The notes: generated from the sequence alone by a model not told the origin. 64,000 nt of DNA from a virus (IMGVR_UViG_2898902220_000006:20854-84853), one strand, 5' to 3'. Shown: positions 38,413 to 49,708, counted from the stretch's first letter. Made by a program: numbers and translations.

Positions 38413-38673
38413 ATGGCATCAACTGCAATTACAGTTAAAGTTAATGGGATCGAGGAACTAAAGGAGCTTACAAAAGCGATAGAAGATGTTGTAACAGCGC
38501 TTGAGAAGCTAAATAAATGTACGAACAAAAGTAATTACGTAACGCTATCACCTACTGTAAATATCACAACGGGCCAATGTGTAGATGCTGTTTCTACCAA
38601 TATTATAGATCGGATAAATGATGAGCTTACCAAGTCTCTTGAAGTGCATGGTGGAAAATATGGACTAGGATAA
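38413..38673 (+). CDS. Hypothetical protein
   Basis: RBS AGGAGG. Confidence 0.6.
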   Translation: MASTAITVKVNGIEELKELTKAIEDVVTALEKLNKCTNKSNYVTLSPTVNITTGQCVDAVSTNIIDRINDELTKSLEVHGGKYGLG

Positions 38674-38711
38674 AAAACAAAACAAACTCAATAGGTGGTG
38701 GTGATCATGTA

Positions 38712-39479
38712 ATGGCAAAAGCAAGAAGTCCTAACCGCGACAAAGCTGAAACAATGTATCTGGAAAGTGGCGGAAACATGCTCTTGAAAGACATTGCTGA
38801 ACAGCTTGGAGTAAGCGATTCACAAATACGTAAGTGGAAAAACCAAGATCAATGGGAATCTAAGCTCAATAGTAACGTTACCAATGAGAATAGTAACGTT
38901 ACCAAACGAGTAGGAGCACCAGAGGGGAATAAAAACGCCGTTGGCAATCGCGGAGGAGCTGCGCCCAAGAGGAACAGTAACGCGGTAAGCCACGGCTTTT
39001 TTCGTAAGTACTTTCCTGAGGAAACGGCTGATATCATGCAGGAGATTGAAACGAAGTCATCTATAGACATGTTATGGGATACCATCACGATCCAGTATGC
39101 GGCAATTATCAGGGCACAGAGGATTATGTTTGTGCAGGACAAAGATGAGATGATCAAGGAGCTTAAAAAGAGAAAGTACGAGATTCATAATGTTGGTTCA
39201 AAAGAGCAGCCGATTCTTGAACAGATGATGACAGAAGAGGAGCACGAATTCCAATTCTCTTGGGATCGCCAAGCCACTTTCCTAAACGCTCAATCTAGGG
39301 CTATGGCTACTTTGCAAGGGTTAATCAAACGCTACGAGGATATGCTCAATGGTCATCTAGCTACCGAGGAGCAACGTTTGCGTATAGAGAAGTTAAAAGC
39401 AGAAGTACAAGCTATCGGTACGAATGAGAGTGCTGGCGTAACCATCATTGATGATATCGGTGGTGAGGTTGATGGTTAA
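38712..39479 (+). CDS. terS: Terminase small subunit
   Basis: N-terminal HTH (LKDIAEQLGVS...IRKWK..D.W), GAP.GN.NA.G..G, HG.F.K, EEQR.RIEKLK. Confidence 0.9.
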   Translation: MAKARSPNRDKAETMYLESGGNMLLKDIAEQLGVSDSQIRKWKNQDQWESKLNSNVTNENSNVTKRVGAPEGNKNAVGNRGGAAPKRNSNAVSHGFFRKYFPEETADIMQEIETKSSIDMLWDTITIQYAAIIRAQRIMFVQDKDEMIKELKKRKYEIHNVGSKEQPILEQMMTEEEHEFQFSWDRQATFLNAQSRAMATLQGLIKRYEDMLNGHLATEEQRLRIEKLKAEVQAIGTNESAGVTIIDDIGGEVDG

Positions 39480-40728
39480 GGTTAAACTATCCGAGATCGT
39501 AACAACACATTTTCAAAGCTTCTGGAAGGTAGCCAACTCTCGCAAATATCTAAAGCATGTATTAAAAGGTGGTCGTGGTTCTGCTAAATCAACTCACATA
39601 GCCATTCTGTTGATTATCTACATGATGAAGTATCCAGTAACTACCCTGTGTGTCCGTAAAGTAGCGAATACGCTTGGTGAATCTGTCTTCGAGCAGTTGA
39701 AAGAGGCTATAGAGATACTTGGCGTAGGAGCTTACTGGAAGGTTCAGAAAAGCCCTATGCAGTTGATCTACAGGCCAAGAGGCAACAAGATCATATTCCG
39801 TGGTGCAGATGATCCAGCTAAGATCAAATCTATCAAGATGAGTAAGTTTCCATTAGCTTTCCTATGGATCGAGGAGCTTGCTGAGTTCAAAACAGAAGAT
39901 GAAGTAACAACCATCGAAAATTCCGTATTACGTGCGGAGCTACCAGATGGTCTTTTTTATGCCTTCTTCTACTCATACAATCCACCTAAACGTAAACAAT
40001 CATGGGTGAATAAGAAGTATGAGACGCAATTCCAAGCTAGTAACACATATGTTCATCATAGTAGTTATTTACAGAATCCTTATATCTCCAAGGCATTCAT
40101 AACTGAGGCTGAGGGAGTAAAGGAAAAGAACGTACAGAAATACGAGTGGGAGTATCTAGGTAAAGCGATAGGCAGTGGCGTTGTGCCGTTTGATAATCTG
40201 AATTTCAGACGCATTACAGATGAAGAGATCAAGACGTTTGACAATATACGCCAAGGAATTGACTGGGGCTATGGTGTTGATCCATTCGCATTTGTTCGCT
40301 GGCATTATGACAAGACAAGGCGCAAGATATATGCGCTAGATGAAGTGTATGGTGTTAAACTCTCCAACAGAGAAGCAGCCGATAAGATCAAAGCAAAAGG
40401 CTACGATACTACTATGAGTATTGCTGATAGTGCAGAGCCTAAATCAGTCGATGAAATGAAACGTGATTATCAATTGCGTATCAAAGGAGCTAAGAAGGGA
40501 CCGGGTTCAGTGGAATACGGTGAAAAGTGGCTTGATGACTTAGAAGAGATTGTCATTGATGCTGTACGTACCCCTAACCTTGCTAGAGAGTTTGAGAATA
40601 TTGACTATCAAACAGACTCAGACGGTGATCCTAAAGCTCGTTTAGAAGATAAGGACAATCACACCATAGATGCTACTCGCTATGCATTTGAAAACGATAT
40701 GAAAAAGTCAGGATTATCTTTTGACTAG
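39448..40728 (+). CDS. terL: Terminase large subunit, PBSX family
   Basis: KGGRGSAKS, WIEE, YNPP, G.DWGY..DP, NH.IDA.RYA. Confidence 0.95.
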   Translation: MMISVVRLMVKVKLSEIVTTHFQSFWKVANSRKYLKHVLKGGRGSAKSTHIAILLIIYMMKYPVTTLCVRKVANTLGESVFEQLKEAIEILGVGAYWKVQKSPMQLIYRPRGNKIIFRGADDPAKIKSIKMSKFPLAFLWIEELAEFKTEDEVTTIENSVLRAELPDGLFYAFFYSYNPPKRKQSWVNKKYETQFQASNTYVHHSSYLQNPYISKAFITEAEGVKEKNVQKYEWEYLGKAIGSGVVPFDNLNFRRITDEEIKTFDNIRQGIDWGYGVDPFAFVRWHYDKTRRKIYALDEVYGVKLSNREAADKIKAKGYDTTMSIADSAEPKSVDEMKRDYQLRIKGAKKGPGSVEYGEKWLDDLEEIVIDAVRTPNLAREFENIDYQTDSDGDPKARLEDKDNHTIDATRYAFENDMKKSGLSFD

Positions 40729-40740
40729 AAAGGAGGCCAT

Positions 40741-42189
40741 ATGTTCTCTACTGAAACAGATCGGATTAACAAAATAATTACCGAGGGCGCTAAGTCAGGT
40801 ATGACACTAGAAGAGTTTATTCAACGCGAAGTAGATGAGTGGGAAACATCAAAAATCCGTGAGCTTATGATCAAGGGTGATAAATACTACCGTGGCGACA
40901 GTGAGATTTTAAACAGGAAGCGAGAAGTGATTGGCGATGGTGGTAAGGTGGAGGATAAGAACCTAGCCAATAACAAGCTTGTACACAACTTCGCAAGGAA
41001 ACTAGCAGATCAAAAGGTTGGCTATCTACTCTCTAAACCAATGAGTGTACAAACGAATAACAACACATACCAAACCTTGCTAGGAGATTACATCGGCAAG
41101 GCTTTTTTGCGTACTCTCAAAAACGTAGGTAAGGAATCTATCAATAAGGGTAAGGCGTGGCTCCAAGTCTATTACAACGAGGCAGGAGAGCTATCATTCA
41201 AGCGTATTCCAAGCGAAGAGGTCATTCCTATGTGGAAAGATAGTGCACACACTGAATTGGACGCGGTTATCCGAGTCTATGAGGTTGAAACGTATGAAGG
41301 TAAAGAGAAGAAGACTATCAAAAAAGTTGAATACTGGGACACTCAGGGCGTTAAGCGCTATGTGCATGATGGACAACTCATACCAGATGTAGAGATTGGT
41401 GACGAAGGTAGTCATTTTGCTGTAACGGATGCAAGAGGTCAGGAACAGGGCTTTAATTGGGAGCGAGTGCCGTTCATCTGTTTCAAGTACAACGATGAAG
41501 AAATACCGTTAATCAAATTTATTCAATCACTTATTGACGACTACGATTATCGTAAATCAGACAATGCGAACAATCTAGAAGACATGCCGAACAGTATCTA
41601 TGTGTTAAAAGACTATGACGGTACCGACTTAGGAGAGTTCCGATACAATCTAGCTGCTTACCGAGCTGTTAAAGCAACGGGTGATGGTGGAGTCGATACC
41701 ATTAGCTTGCCGATTGACACCGAGGCGTTTAAAACTCATGTGGAGATGAACAGAAAAGATATCTATGAGTTTGGACGTGGGGTTGATACGCAGTCTAGTA
41801 ACTTCGGAAACGACCCGTCAGGCATCGCCTTGAAATTCCTATATGCCGACCTAGACATGGATGCAAACATGATTGAAACAGAGTTCCAAGCGTCTATGGA
41901 GCATCTACGCTGGTTCATTGATCAGCACGTAGTTAACACAACCCAACAAGATTTCAGCAATGAAACAGTAGAATTCATATTCAATCGAGACATTTTAATC
42001 AACGAAACGGATGCGATTACAAATGCAAAGGATAGTGTGGGCATCATATCTGACGAAACAATTGTCGCTAACCACCCATGGACAACCAATGCGCAAGACG
42101 AGATTGCGAGGAAAAAGAAAGAGCGTGAGGACACGGTTTCACAAACTGATCCATACGCTGGTTTCGATCCTAAGGAAGAACCTGAATGA
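40741..42189 (+). CDS. Portal protein, SPP1 gp6 family
   Basis: NNKL.HNF...L.DQK.GY; N.SG.ALKF.Y..LD; S.ET....HPW. Confidence 0.93.
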   Translation: MFSTETDRINKIITEGAKSGMTLEEFIQREVDEWETSKIRELMIKGDKYYRGDSEILNRKREVIGDGGKVEDKNLANNKLVHNFARKLADQKVGYLLSKPMSVQTNNNTYQTLLGDYIGKAFLRTLKNVGKESINKGKAWLQVYYNEAGELSFKRIPSEEVIPMWKDSAHTELDAVIRVYEVETYEGKEKKTIKKVEYWDTQGVKRYVHDGQLIPDVEIGDEGSHFAVTDARGQEQGFNWERVPFICFKYNDEEIPLIKFIQSLIDDYDYRKSDNANNLEDMPNSIYVLKDYDGTDLGEFRYNLAAYRAVKATGDGGVDTISLPIDTEAFKTHVEMNRKDIYEFGRGVDTQSSNFGNDPSGIALKFLYADLDMDANMIETEFQASMEHLRWFIDQHVVNTTQQDFSNETVEFIFNRDILINETDAITNAKDSVGIISDETIVANHPWTTNAQDEIARKKKEREDTVSQTDPYAGFDPKEEPE

Positions 42190-43229
42190 AAAAGGGTAAA
42201 CAGCCACCACGTAGTTATTGGCAAAAGCGTAGTGAGCAGGTAGCGCAACTATCCTTTGATGAGGCTGACAAATATGCCGAGCAACTTAGAAAAGAGTATG
42301 ACCGCGCTATAGCAAGTATTAATCGTGATATCGAGGTATTCTATCAACGTTTTGCTCACAACAACCAGATTGATCTAGCAGATGCTCGTAGGCTATTAAC
42401 TGGCAATCAAATGAAAGAGTTTAAAATGACACTAGAGGATTTTACAGCACGGGCAAAGGATAACGTAGATGGTCGATGGACAAAGGAATTAAACAACGTC
42501 TACTACAAAACTCGCGTAAGCCGTTTAGAGGCACTTTTAGTTCAGATCAGGCAATCAGTCGAGGAGTTAACTGCAAAGCAAGAACAAGGCACCAAGAGAC
42601 TTCTGGGGAGCAACTACACAGACACCTATTATAGAACTGTATTTGAGGTTCAAAAGGGTACAGGAATAGGTGTTTCTTTTGCTCGAGTGGATAAGGAATC
42701 GCTAGAGAAAACGCTACAGATCAACTGGAAGGATGGCAACTACAGCGAACGTATCTGGAGCAATCGAGATAAATTGCTATCTGAGGTTCAAACACTACTC
42801 TCTCAATCGTTTATACGTGGGGATAGTTCCGATAAGACAGCAAAGGCGCTGTCAGAAAGAATGAACGTCTCCTATTCGCATGCGGCAAGGATAGTGAGGA
42901 CAGAGAGTAGCTACATTACTCATCAAGCTACTATGGATGGTTATAAGGCAAGTGGAGTGGTCCAAAAATATGAATTTTTAGCTGCTCTTGATAGCCGGAC
43001 CAGTCATGTATGTAGAGGTATGGATGGCAAGGTGTTCAAACTAAGCGAACAAGAGGTCGGTGTGAATTTCCCTCCTCTTCATCCGAATTGCAGATCAACT
43101 ACAGTTGCTTACTTTGATGATGAGATCGATCCGGGTGAACGAATTGCCAGAGACAAGGACGGTAACGCGTACTATGTACCAGGTGATATGACTTATGAAC
43201 AATGGAATCAGAAATATGTGGATAACTAG
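42186..43229 (+). CDS. Minor capsid protein (SPP1 gp7 / Mu F-like)
   Basis: A.RIVRTE; A.LDSRTS..C...DG; PPLHPNCRST. Confidence 0.92.
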   Translation: MKKGKQPPRSYWQKRSEQVAQLSFDEADKYAEQLRKEYDRAIASINRDIEVFYQRFAHNNQIDLADARRLLTGNQMKEFKMTLEDFTARAKDNVDGRWTKELNNVYYKTRVSRLEALLVQIRQSVEELTAKQEQGTKRLLGSNYTDTYYRTVFEVQKGTGIGVSFARVDKESLEKTLQINWKDGNYSERIWSNRDKLLSEVQTLLSQSFIRGDSSDKTAKALSERMNVSYSHAARIVRTESSYITHQATMDGYKASGVVQKYEFLAALDSRTSHVCRGMDGKVFKLSEQEVGVNFPPLHPNCRSTTVAYFDDEIDPGERIARDKDGNAYYVPGDMTYEQWNQKYVDN

Positions 43230-43303
43230 CCGTTTCGGTACTGTCGGCGTAAAAGAACAGGACATCACCGGACGCGACCGGGTTAAAAAGCGAAGATGAA
43301 AGG

Positions 43304-43933
43304 ATGGATAATATGGATTGGTTGAAGAAGTTGCTTCAAGAGTTAGGTGCTCCAGAGGAACGTATCGAGAAGATTACAGGAAGTGTAGAAGAGAATTACA
43401 AGGGATATGTGCCGAAACAACGGTTTGATGAGGTGAACGAAACCAAGAAAGAGTTAGAGGGGCAGATCAAGGATCGTGACAAGCAACTTGCAGAACTGAA
43501 GAAGAACACAGGTGACAATGAGGACTTGAAGAAGCAGATTGAGACGTTGCAAGCAGAGAATAAGACCAAAGGGGAAGAATACGAAACTAAACTCAAGGAT
43601 ATGCAGGTGTCTACAGCTATCAAACTGGCTCTTACAGGAGAGGCACACGACCCTGACCTAATTGCTAGTTTATTGGACAAATCGAAAATTGAGATCAATG
43701 AAGACGGTACATTAAAAGGCGGTCTGGATGATCAAGTTAAGGCGTTGCGTGAGAGCAAGGCTTTTTTGTTTGTCGAAAAACAGCAAGAAGAACCTAAGCC
43801 GACATTCAAAGGAACTACTCCTGCTGACGGCAGTGGCAGACAAACGGACCCTGCTACAAACAGCGCCGGAGCCAACTTTGCTAAGCAAGCGAACCAAGCT
43901 GGTAAGCCAGCAGAAAACAATATTTGGGGTTAG
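43304..43933 (+). CDS. Capsid scaffolding protein
   Basis: YVPK.RFDEVN; L.E.K.FLF; position before the capsid genes. Confidence 0.85.
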   Translation: MDNMDWLKKLLQELGAPEERIEKITGSVEENYKGYVPKQRFDEVNETKKELEGQIKDRDKQLAELKKNTGDNEDLKKQIETLQAENKTKGEEYETKLKDMQVSTAIKLALTGEAHDPDLIASLLDKSKIEINEDGTLKGGLDDQVKALRESKAFLFVEKQQEEPKPTFKGTTPADGSGRQTDPATNSAGANFAKQANQAGKPAENNIWG

Positions 43934-43949
43934 AAAGGGGAATTTCAGT

Positions 43950-44273
43950 ATGCCATATGTTAAGGATTACGGAAAAAGAGAGGAAATCAACTTCCTTGCA
44001 AGTCAGAAATATACAAGCTTCACCTATCAGGTTTCAGATAAAGACGTTGTCGCGAATAAAGAAGGTCGAAAGATTGTGCCTGCTGGAACGATTTATCCAA
44101 GCAATGATGATAAAGCAATCGGTATTCTTTTTGTAGATGTGGACGTGACGGAAGGACCACAACCAGCACCTATTCTGGTGGACGCTTGGATTCTAGAGGC
44201 ACGTTTGCCGAAAGCTCCTACAGCAGAAGCCAAAACAGCAATGAAAAGTATCTCATTTAAAACAATCGTTTAG
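43950..44273 (+). CDS. Head decoration / small capsid protein (start 43950)
   Basis: G.KIVPAGT.YP.ND..A.G.L..DVD; RBS AAAGGGG. Confidence 0.8.
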   Translation: MPYVKDYGKREEINFLASQKYTSFTYQVSDKDVVANKEGRKIVPAGTIYPSNDDKAIGILFVDVDVTEGPQPAPILVDAWILEARLPKAPTAEAKTAMKSISFKTIV

Positions 44274-44288
44274 GGAGGAAAATAAATC

Positions 44289-45314
44289 ATGGCAAATGTA
44301 CTTGAACTATTTAATCAACGTGATATTCTGAATTACCTTCAAAATCGAGAGTATCCAGCCTTGCTAGGTGAAACGCTCTTTCCAGAAGTGAAACGTCAAA
44401 GTTTGGAGTTTGATCAGATCAAAGGAGCAGGGAAAATCCCAGTTGTAGCGAGTGTGCATGCGTTTGATTCTGAGGCTGAAATTGGTAGCCGTGAAGCAAG
44501 CAAACAAGCTTTGGAACTAGCTTTGATTAAACGAAAGCTACCATTAAAAGAAAAAGACATCATTGCATTGGAAAGCCCGCGCAATACAGCCGAGCAACAA
44601 TACTTAATGCAAGAGGTTTTCAATGACATTGACGTTTTGGTACAAGGTGTAAAAGCCAGAGTTGAAGCTATGCGAATGGAGGTTCTAGCGAAAGGGACTG
44701 TTACGCTTGTAGAGAACAACCTCAACGCAGCAATAAAGTACGGAGTACCATCGGAACACAAGGAAGCTTTGGCAGGTACCAACGTGTGGACGAATGCTGA
44801 TAGTGATCCAATTGGGGACTTAGAACGCTGGTCTGATACTTTGGATACGAAACCAACTCGTGCGTTAACATCCCGTGCCGTTCTGAATGCACTATTGCGT
44901 CACCCGAAGATCATTGGTGCGCTATATGGACGTGATTCTATGCGCGTACCAACACGAGCAGACCTGAATGCATTCATGACTCAACATGAACTTCCGGTTA
45001 TTGCTACGTATGATCAAGTTTATCGAAAACAAAAAGCCGATGGCACATATGAGCGTCTACGTTACTTCCCGAACAACGGTTTTGTTATGTTTGGCGATGG
45101 CATGCTTGGTGAAACAATTTATGGTCCAACAGCAGAAGAGATTCGCCTTACCCGTGATCCTAATATCCAAACGAGCACCATCGGTAATGTCTTGGCGATG
45201 GTTTACGAAGAAGGACGTGACCCTGTAAGTACTTGGACAAAAGCTGTTGCAACTGCTTTACCGTCATTTCCTGCTGCTGATGAGGTGTTCCAAGCACAAC
45301 CAATTACAGGGTAA
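44289..45314 (+). CDS. Major capsid protein (phage E family)
   Basis: Size and position; E.MRM..L..G; W....DPI.D..; P.FP..D. Confidence 0.88.
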   Translation: MANVLELFNQRDILNYLQNREYPALLGETLFPEVKRQSLEFDQIKGAGKIPVVASVHAFDSEAEIGSREASKQALELALIKRKLPLKEKDIIALESPRNTAEQQYLMQEVFNDIDVLVQGVKARVEAMRMEVLAKGTVTLVENNLNAAIKYGVPSEHKEALAGTNVWTNADSDPIGDLERWSDTLDTKPTRALTSRAVLNALLRHPKIIGALYGRDSMRVPTRADLNAFMTQHELPVIATYDQVYRKQKADGTYERLRYFPNNGFVMFGDGMLGETIYGPTAEEIRLTRDPNIQTSTIGNVLAMVYEEGRDPVSTWTKAVATALPSFPAADEVFQAQPITG

Positions 45315-45328
45315 GGTGGTGATTCAAG

Positions 45329-47170
45329 GTGAAAGTAAAAATTTTGGATATCCCGATCCGATACGGTCATAACACGTATCGGGTGGGGGAAGTGTTTGAA
45401 ATAGAAGAAGAACATTTGAAGGGTATTGAAGAGTTAGTGAAAATCACGGAAGAAGATGAACCAAAGACTCTTAATAAAATGACTTTGGCTGAGTTGAAAG
45501 AATACGCTATTCAGCATGATATTGATTTAGGTGAAGCAACTAAAAAAGACGATATTCTTGCGGTTATCCAAGGCGTTGAAACAGATGAATGAGGCTGTAC
45601 TAGCTCTTGTAAAACTCAGAATGGGCTTAGTGAACGATAGTCTCGATCTACTGATTAACTCCTTTATTTACGAGATAGAACGGCGTATCCTTCATTACTG
45701 TAATATTGCCGAGATTCCAGAGGCTTTACAGTTTGTATGGTCCTCTATGGTGATTGATGCGCTACGTATTGATCAAGCAACTCTTAACGAGGTGGCTGCT
45801 ACAACTGCTGGTAGCGAATCTATCAAGATCGGTGATACTTCAATCTCACCAGGTAAAAGTGATGGAGTAACTAGCACATCAAAAGAGGTAATAGAGTCAG
45901 TAGTTTTAAACTATCGAGTGGATCTGAACCGATATCGAAAGTTGGTGTGGTGATGAATTACGATAAGCATCGATTGGCGATAGAACGCATGTATGAGGAC
46001 AAGGCTACCATTAAGCGAACTATTCAAAAAGAGGAAGAATGGGGCGAAACAACTACTGTAGTTGAAGAGGTATATGTTGATCAACCTTGCCGTATCTCTC
46101 AGAAAGCTCTCGCAACAAACGGACAGACGGTCACAGTAAACCAAGTTGTCTATGAAACGAAACTCTTTATCTCACCAGACATTGTGATTCTGCAAGGTGA
46201 CGAGATAGAGGTTACAGGCAGAGGAGTTACACGAACTTATATAGCAGGTGAACCATTCCCTTATCCAACTCACCAAGAGATCAGCATTCAGCGTAAGGAG
46301 AAGGCGTAATGGCTGGTAGCTTTGACATGGGTGATTTCGAACGTCTGGCTAAAGCGTTCCAGAAAGCTGATAGAGAACGTGTTGTTGAGCGATTCATCCG
46401 AGATTTTCTACTGGAGATGGCATACCGAGCTGAAAGGAAGATTAAAAAGCGCACACCTGTTGATGAAGGTGAATTGAGGAGAAACTGGCGAGTAGGTAAT
46501 GTCGAGCGTCATGGCAATGCGTATGTAGTCGAGTTGATAAACTTGACAGAATATGCTCCTTTTGTTGAATACGGACACAGAACCAGAGGTGGAGGGGGTT
46601 GGGTGGAAGGTCGATTCATGATGACCATTTCTATGAAAGAAATAGAAAAGGAATTCCCCAAATACCTTGAGAAACGCCAAGTTGAACTACTTAACGACAT
46701 CATGAATGGTCGCCCAGCTAGAAGAGGTGATTCCGATTGAAATAACGATTAACGATGTGCGCCGTGCAGTAATGACAGCACTAAAACGTGCTTTCCCTAG
46801 CTCAACCATTTATGGAGAACAACTACCACAAGGTTTTAAGGAGCCTTGTTTTTTTGTGCTCATGTTAGAGGGTTCGCAAGATAAGGAGCTAGACAGGCGA
46901 TACAAGCGTTTTCATCCGTTTGATATCCATTACTTTACCTCATCAAATACGGAGCGATATGAAGTCGCTGAGAAGCTGACAGACGTATTGGAATTGATCG
47001 AACTGCAAGGCAAGCCGATACGAGGCAGTAAGATGCGACACACGATTGTAGATGATGTGTTGCATTTTTTTGTTGATTACAACTTTCATGTTGTCCGTCC
47101 GAAACCTATGGTTCCTAAGATGCAAACGAACTGGATTGAAAGGGGGTTAAAGTATGAGCAAGAAAAATAG
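45329..47170 (+). CDS. Head completion genes: 45329-45592 (small, helical tail), about 45585-45953 (head-tail connector), 45947-46309 (head closure), 46309-46740 (HK97 gp10-like), about 46730-47170 (tail terminator-like)
   Basis: Canonical order; TPVD.G.LR..W and YA.FVEYGHRT motifs in the gp10-like protein. Confidence 0.8.
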
Positions 47171-47330
47171 CGATTCACCACGGTTTAAGAAAGAACAATT
47201 TATCGGTTCTGATCGGTATACAGAGGTTCAAAAAGACATTATTTCGGCTCTATTAGATAATACGAACACTTATACGAAAGAGGAAGTAGACAACGTGCTT
47301 TTAGATTTTTCGAGAAAGGAGTTTGGTTGA
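47154..47330 (+). CDS. Small conserved pre-sheath protein, 58 aa (not in ORF track)
   Basis: MSKKNSDSPRFKKEQFIGSDRY...DII.ALL....YTKEEV...KEFG*. Confidence 0.7.
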   Translation: MSKKNSDSPRFKKEQFIGSDRYTEVQKDIISALLDNTNTYTKEEVDNVLLDFSRKEFG

Positions 47331-48645
47331 TATGATGCAAAATTGGGTAACTCAAAACAAAATACGCCCTGATACGTACGTTACCGTTGTCAGCGAGGCA
47401 AAACCACAAGGTGCTATTAGTGACCGAGGAACAGTTACAATGGCTCTTTCATTAAGTTGGGGGCCATCTGGTGAAGTTATTGAAATACAGGCAGGAGAGA
47501 ACACGTTAGAAAAACTAGGTTACGATATTTCTGAGCCTCAGGTTCTTTTGGTGCAGGAATCACTAAAGCGAGCTAAAACCTTGCTGCTGTACCGTCTTAA
47601 CACAGGAACAAAGGCACAGGCTACGAGTGATAACTTAACGGTTACGGCTCTATACGGTGGCGTAAGAGGTAATGACATCACTGTTGTGGTAGAGCAAAAT
47701 ATTGACGATGAGACAACTTTCATTGTAAAAACTTTAGTAGCTGGTTCTATCGTAGATAATCAGCTTGCTAAGAAAATTGAGGATTTGAAAGCTAATAAAT
47801 TTGTAATATTTTCTGGTACAGGCGCCCTTGTCGCAAGCGCTGGTATCCCATTAACTGGCGGTACCGATGGAACAGAAACAGGAGTAAACCACACAGCCTA
47901 CCGAGAAGCTATCGAGCTACACGACTTTGATGCAATGGCTGTACCTTATGACGACCCAACGATTAAATCAGTTTACGTTGCCTTTGCTAAACGCTTGGCA
48001 AATCAACAAAACAGATTTATTCAAATCGCGGTACCTACCTATGCATTGGCTGACGATCCTACAGTTATTAGCGTTTCTAACGGCGTTATACTGTCTAACA
48101 GCACTGTAATTGATGCGGTTAAAGCAACTGCTTGGGTGGCTGGCGCAACAGCAGGTGCTAATGCTAACCAATCTCTTACGCATACTGCCTATGATGATGC
48201 TGTAGCCGTACATGGGCGCCTAAACGATTCACAGATCACGAGAGCTCTCCTTAACGGGGAGTTTTTGTTTGAACAGCACAACGGCAAAGTGGTCGTAGAA
48301 CAGGATATCAATACGTTTACTAGCTTTAGCCCAGATAAACGTAAACATTTCAGTAAAAATCGTGTTATACGAACTATAAATGGCGTTGTAAAGGATTGGA
48401 AACGTGCTTTTGATAGTGATTACTTAGGGAAGATCAATAACAACGATGATGGACGGAATCTTTACAAGAAAGAATGCATCAAGATAGCAGAGGAGTATCA
48501 AGCAATGGGAGCTATCCAGAACTTTGATGCCCAAAAGGACATTATTGTTTCTCCAGGCAATGATAGTGATTCATTGCTAACGGAGGGGTATATCCAACCT
48601 GTCGATGCCATGGAGAAAAACTACTTAAAGGCGGTGGTGCGATAA
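47323..48645 (+). CDS. Tail sheath protein (XkdK-like)
   Basis: QNKIRP..Y; L.W G; GE.LF.....V.VE.DIN.F; F.KNRVIR. Confidence 0.93.
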   Translation: MVDMMQNWVTQNKIRPDTYVTVVSEAKPQGAISDRGTVTMALSLSWGPSGEVIEIQAGENTLEKLGYDISEPQVLLVQESLKRAKTLLLYRLNTGTKAQATSDNLTVTALYGGVRGNDITVVVEQNIDDETTFIVKTLVAGSIVDNQLAKKIEDLKANKFVIFSGTGALVASAGIPLTGGTDGTETGVNHTAYREAIELHDFDAMAVPYDDPTIKSVYVAFAKRLANQQNRFIQIAVPTYALADDPTVISVSNGVILSNSTVIDAVKATAWVAGATAGANANQSLTHTAYDDAVAVHGRLNDSQITRALLNGEFLFEQHNGKVVVEQDINTFTSFSPDKRKHFSKNRVIRTINGVVKDWKRAFDSDYLGKINNNDDGRNLYKKECIKIAEEYQAMGAIQNFDAQKDIIVSPGNDSDSLLTEGYIQPVDAMEKNYLKAVVR

Positions 48646-49110
48646 ATGTCATTCTTAAAATTCGAAGATACTATTTCAGGTGCAGGTGGTCGTGCCTACG
48701 CCACTATCAACGGCCGTGTGGAAGAGATGTTCTATCTCAAAAAGTTTGAAGCCAAGATGGAAAAAACAAAAAAAGAAGGCAAAACACTTGGCTATCTTGG
48801 TACACAGCATAAGGCAACAGGATGGAAAGGAACGGGTTCTATGACAATTTACTACGTCACCAGCCTTTTCCGTCAAATGATGCTGGATTACATGAAAACT
48901 GGCAAAGATATGTACTTTGACGTACAGATTGTTAACGAAGATTCAACATCTTCTATCGGTAAACAAACAGTAGTTATTAAAGGGGTAAACATAGATTCTA
49001 TTACGATGGCACAGCTTGATATCGACTCAGAGGAGTTAGACGAGGAAGTAAGCTTCACGTGGCAAGGTGCCGACATTTTGGATAGTTTCGCAAAACCAAC
49101 ATTAGGATAA
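48646..49110 (+). CDS. Tail tube protein (XkdM-like)
   Basis: DTISG..GRAYATI.G; HKA.GWKG.GSMTIYYVTS.F. Confidence 0.92.
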   Translation: MSFLKFEDTISGAGGRAYATINGRVEEMFYLKKFEAKMEKTKKEGKTLGYLGTQHKATGWKGTGSMTIYYVTSLFRQMMLDYMKTGKDMYFDVQIVNEDSTSSIGKQTVVIKGVNIDSITMAQLDIDSEELDEEVSFTWQGADILDSFAKPTLG

Positions 49111-49538
49111 TGAGAGGGGAATATAATATGAGTTTTCAAGATTTCTTTATGGATGAATTTGAGGATGCAGAAGTAGTAGAACGTAAGATGAAATTTGCAG
49201 GGAAAGAAAAGAAGATGCAATTCAAACCGATCAGCGCAACGCAAGGGGATGAAATCCGTAAGAGTTGCCGTAAAACTACCCGTCACAAAGGAACAAAAGA
49301 AGTTGATTTTAACGAAGACGCTTATATGGTTAAAATGATTATCGAGACTACAGTCAATCCTGATTTCAAGAATAAGGAGTTGCAGGATAGTTGGAAGGTA
49401 ATAGGGGCGGACAATCTACTAGCAGCTATGAAATCTAAAATGCGTGATGGTGAGTATGCTGAACTTATCGGAGTGGTTTCAGGAATCAACGGTTTTGATA
49501 AAGGCATCAATGAGTTTAAAGAAGAAGTAAAAAACTAG
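49110..49538 (+). CDS. Tail assembly chaperone (XkdN-like)
   Basis: PDFKN.ELQ.SW...GA..L...GEY..L...V..INGF. Confidence 0.88.
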   Translation: MRGEYNMSFQDFFMDEFEDAEVVERKMKFAGKEKKMQFKPISATQGDEIRKSCRKTTRHKGTKEVDFNEDAYMVKMIIETTVNPDFKNKELQDSWKVIGADNLLAAMKSKMRDGEYAELIGVVSGINGFDKGINEFKEEVKN

Positions 49539-49708
49539 TAGAGGAGGGCGATGGCGATGCCAATTACGCATACTATGCCCTCCACGAACTAAAGATATTA
49601 CCAAGAGACTTGATGGAAATGAGTGTGAAAGATAGGGCATCTATCTATCAATTTATCGATATCAGACTTGAAGCTGAAAAGAAGGCTAGGAAAGAATCTA
49701 AAAAATAA
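49529..49708 (+). CDS. -1 frameshift extension of the tail chaperone
   Basis: Slippery heptamer A AAA AAC at 49529-49535 before the TAG; the -1 frame reads KKLVEEGDGDANYAYYALHELKILPRDL...KK*. Confidence 0.8.
   Translation, partial: KKLVEEGDGDANYAYYALHELKILPRDLMEMSVKDRASIYQFIDIRLEAEKKARKESKK

Noticed and set aside
43728-43949. Longer start for the head decoration ORF
   Set aside because: Overlaps the scaffold gene; the RBS supports the ATG at 43950.
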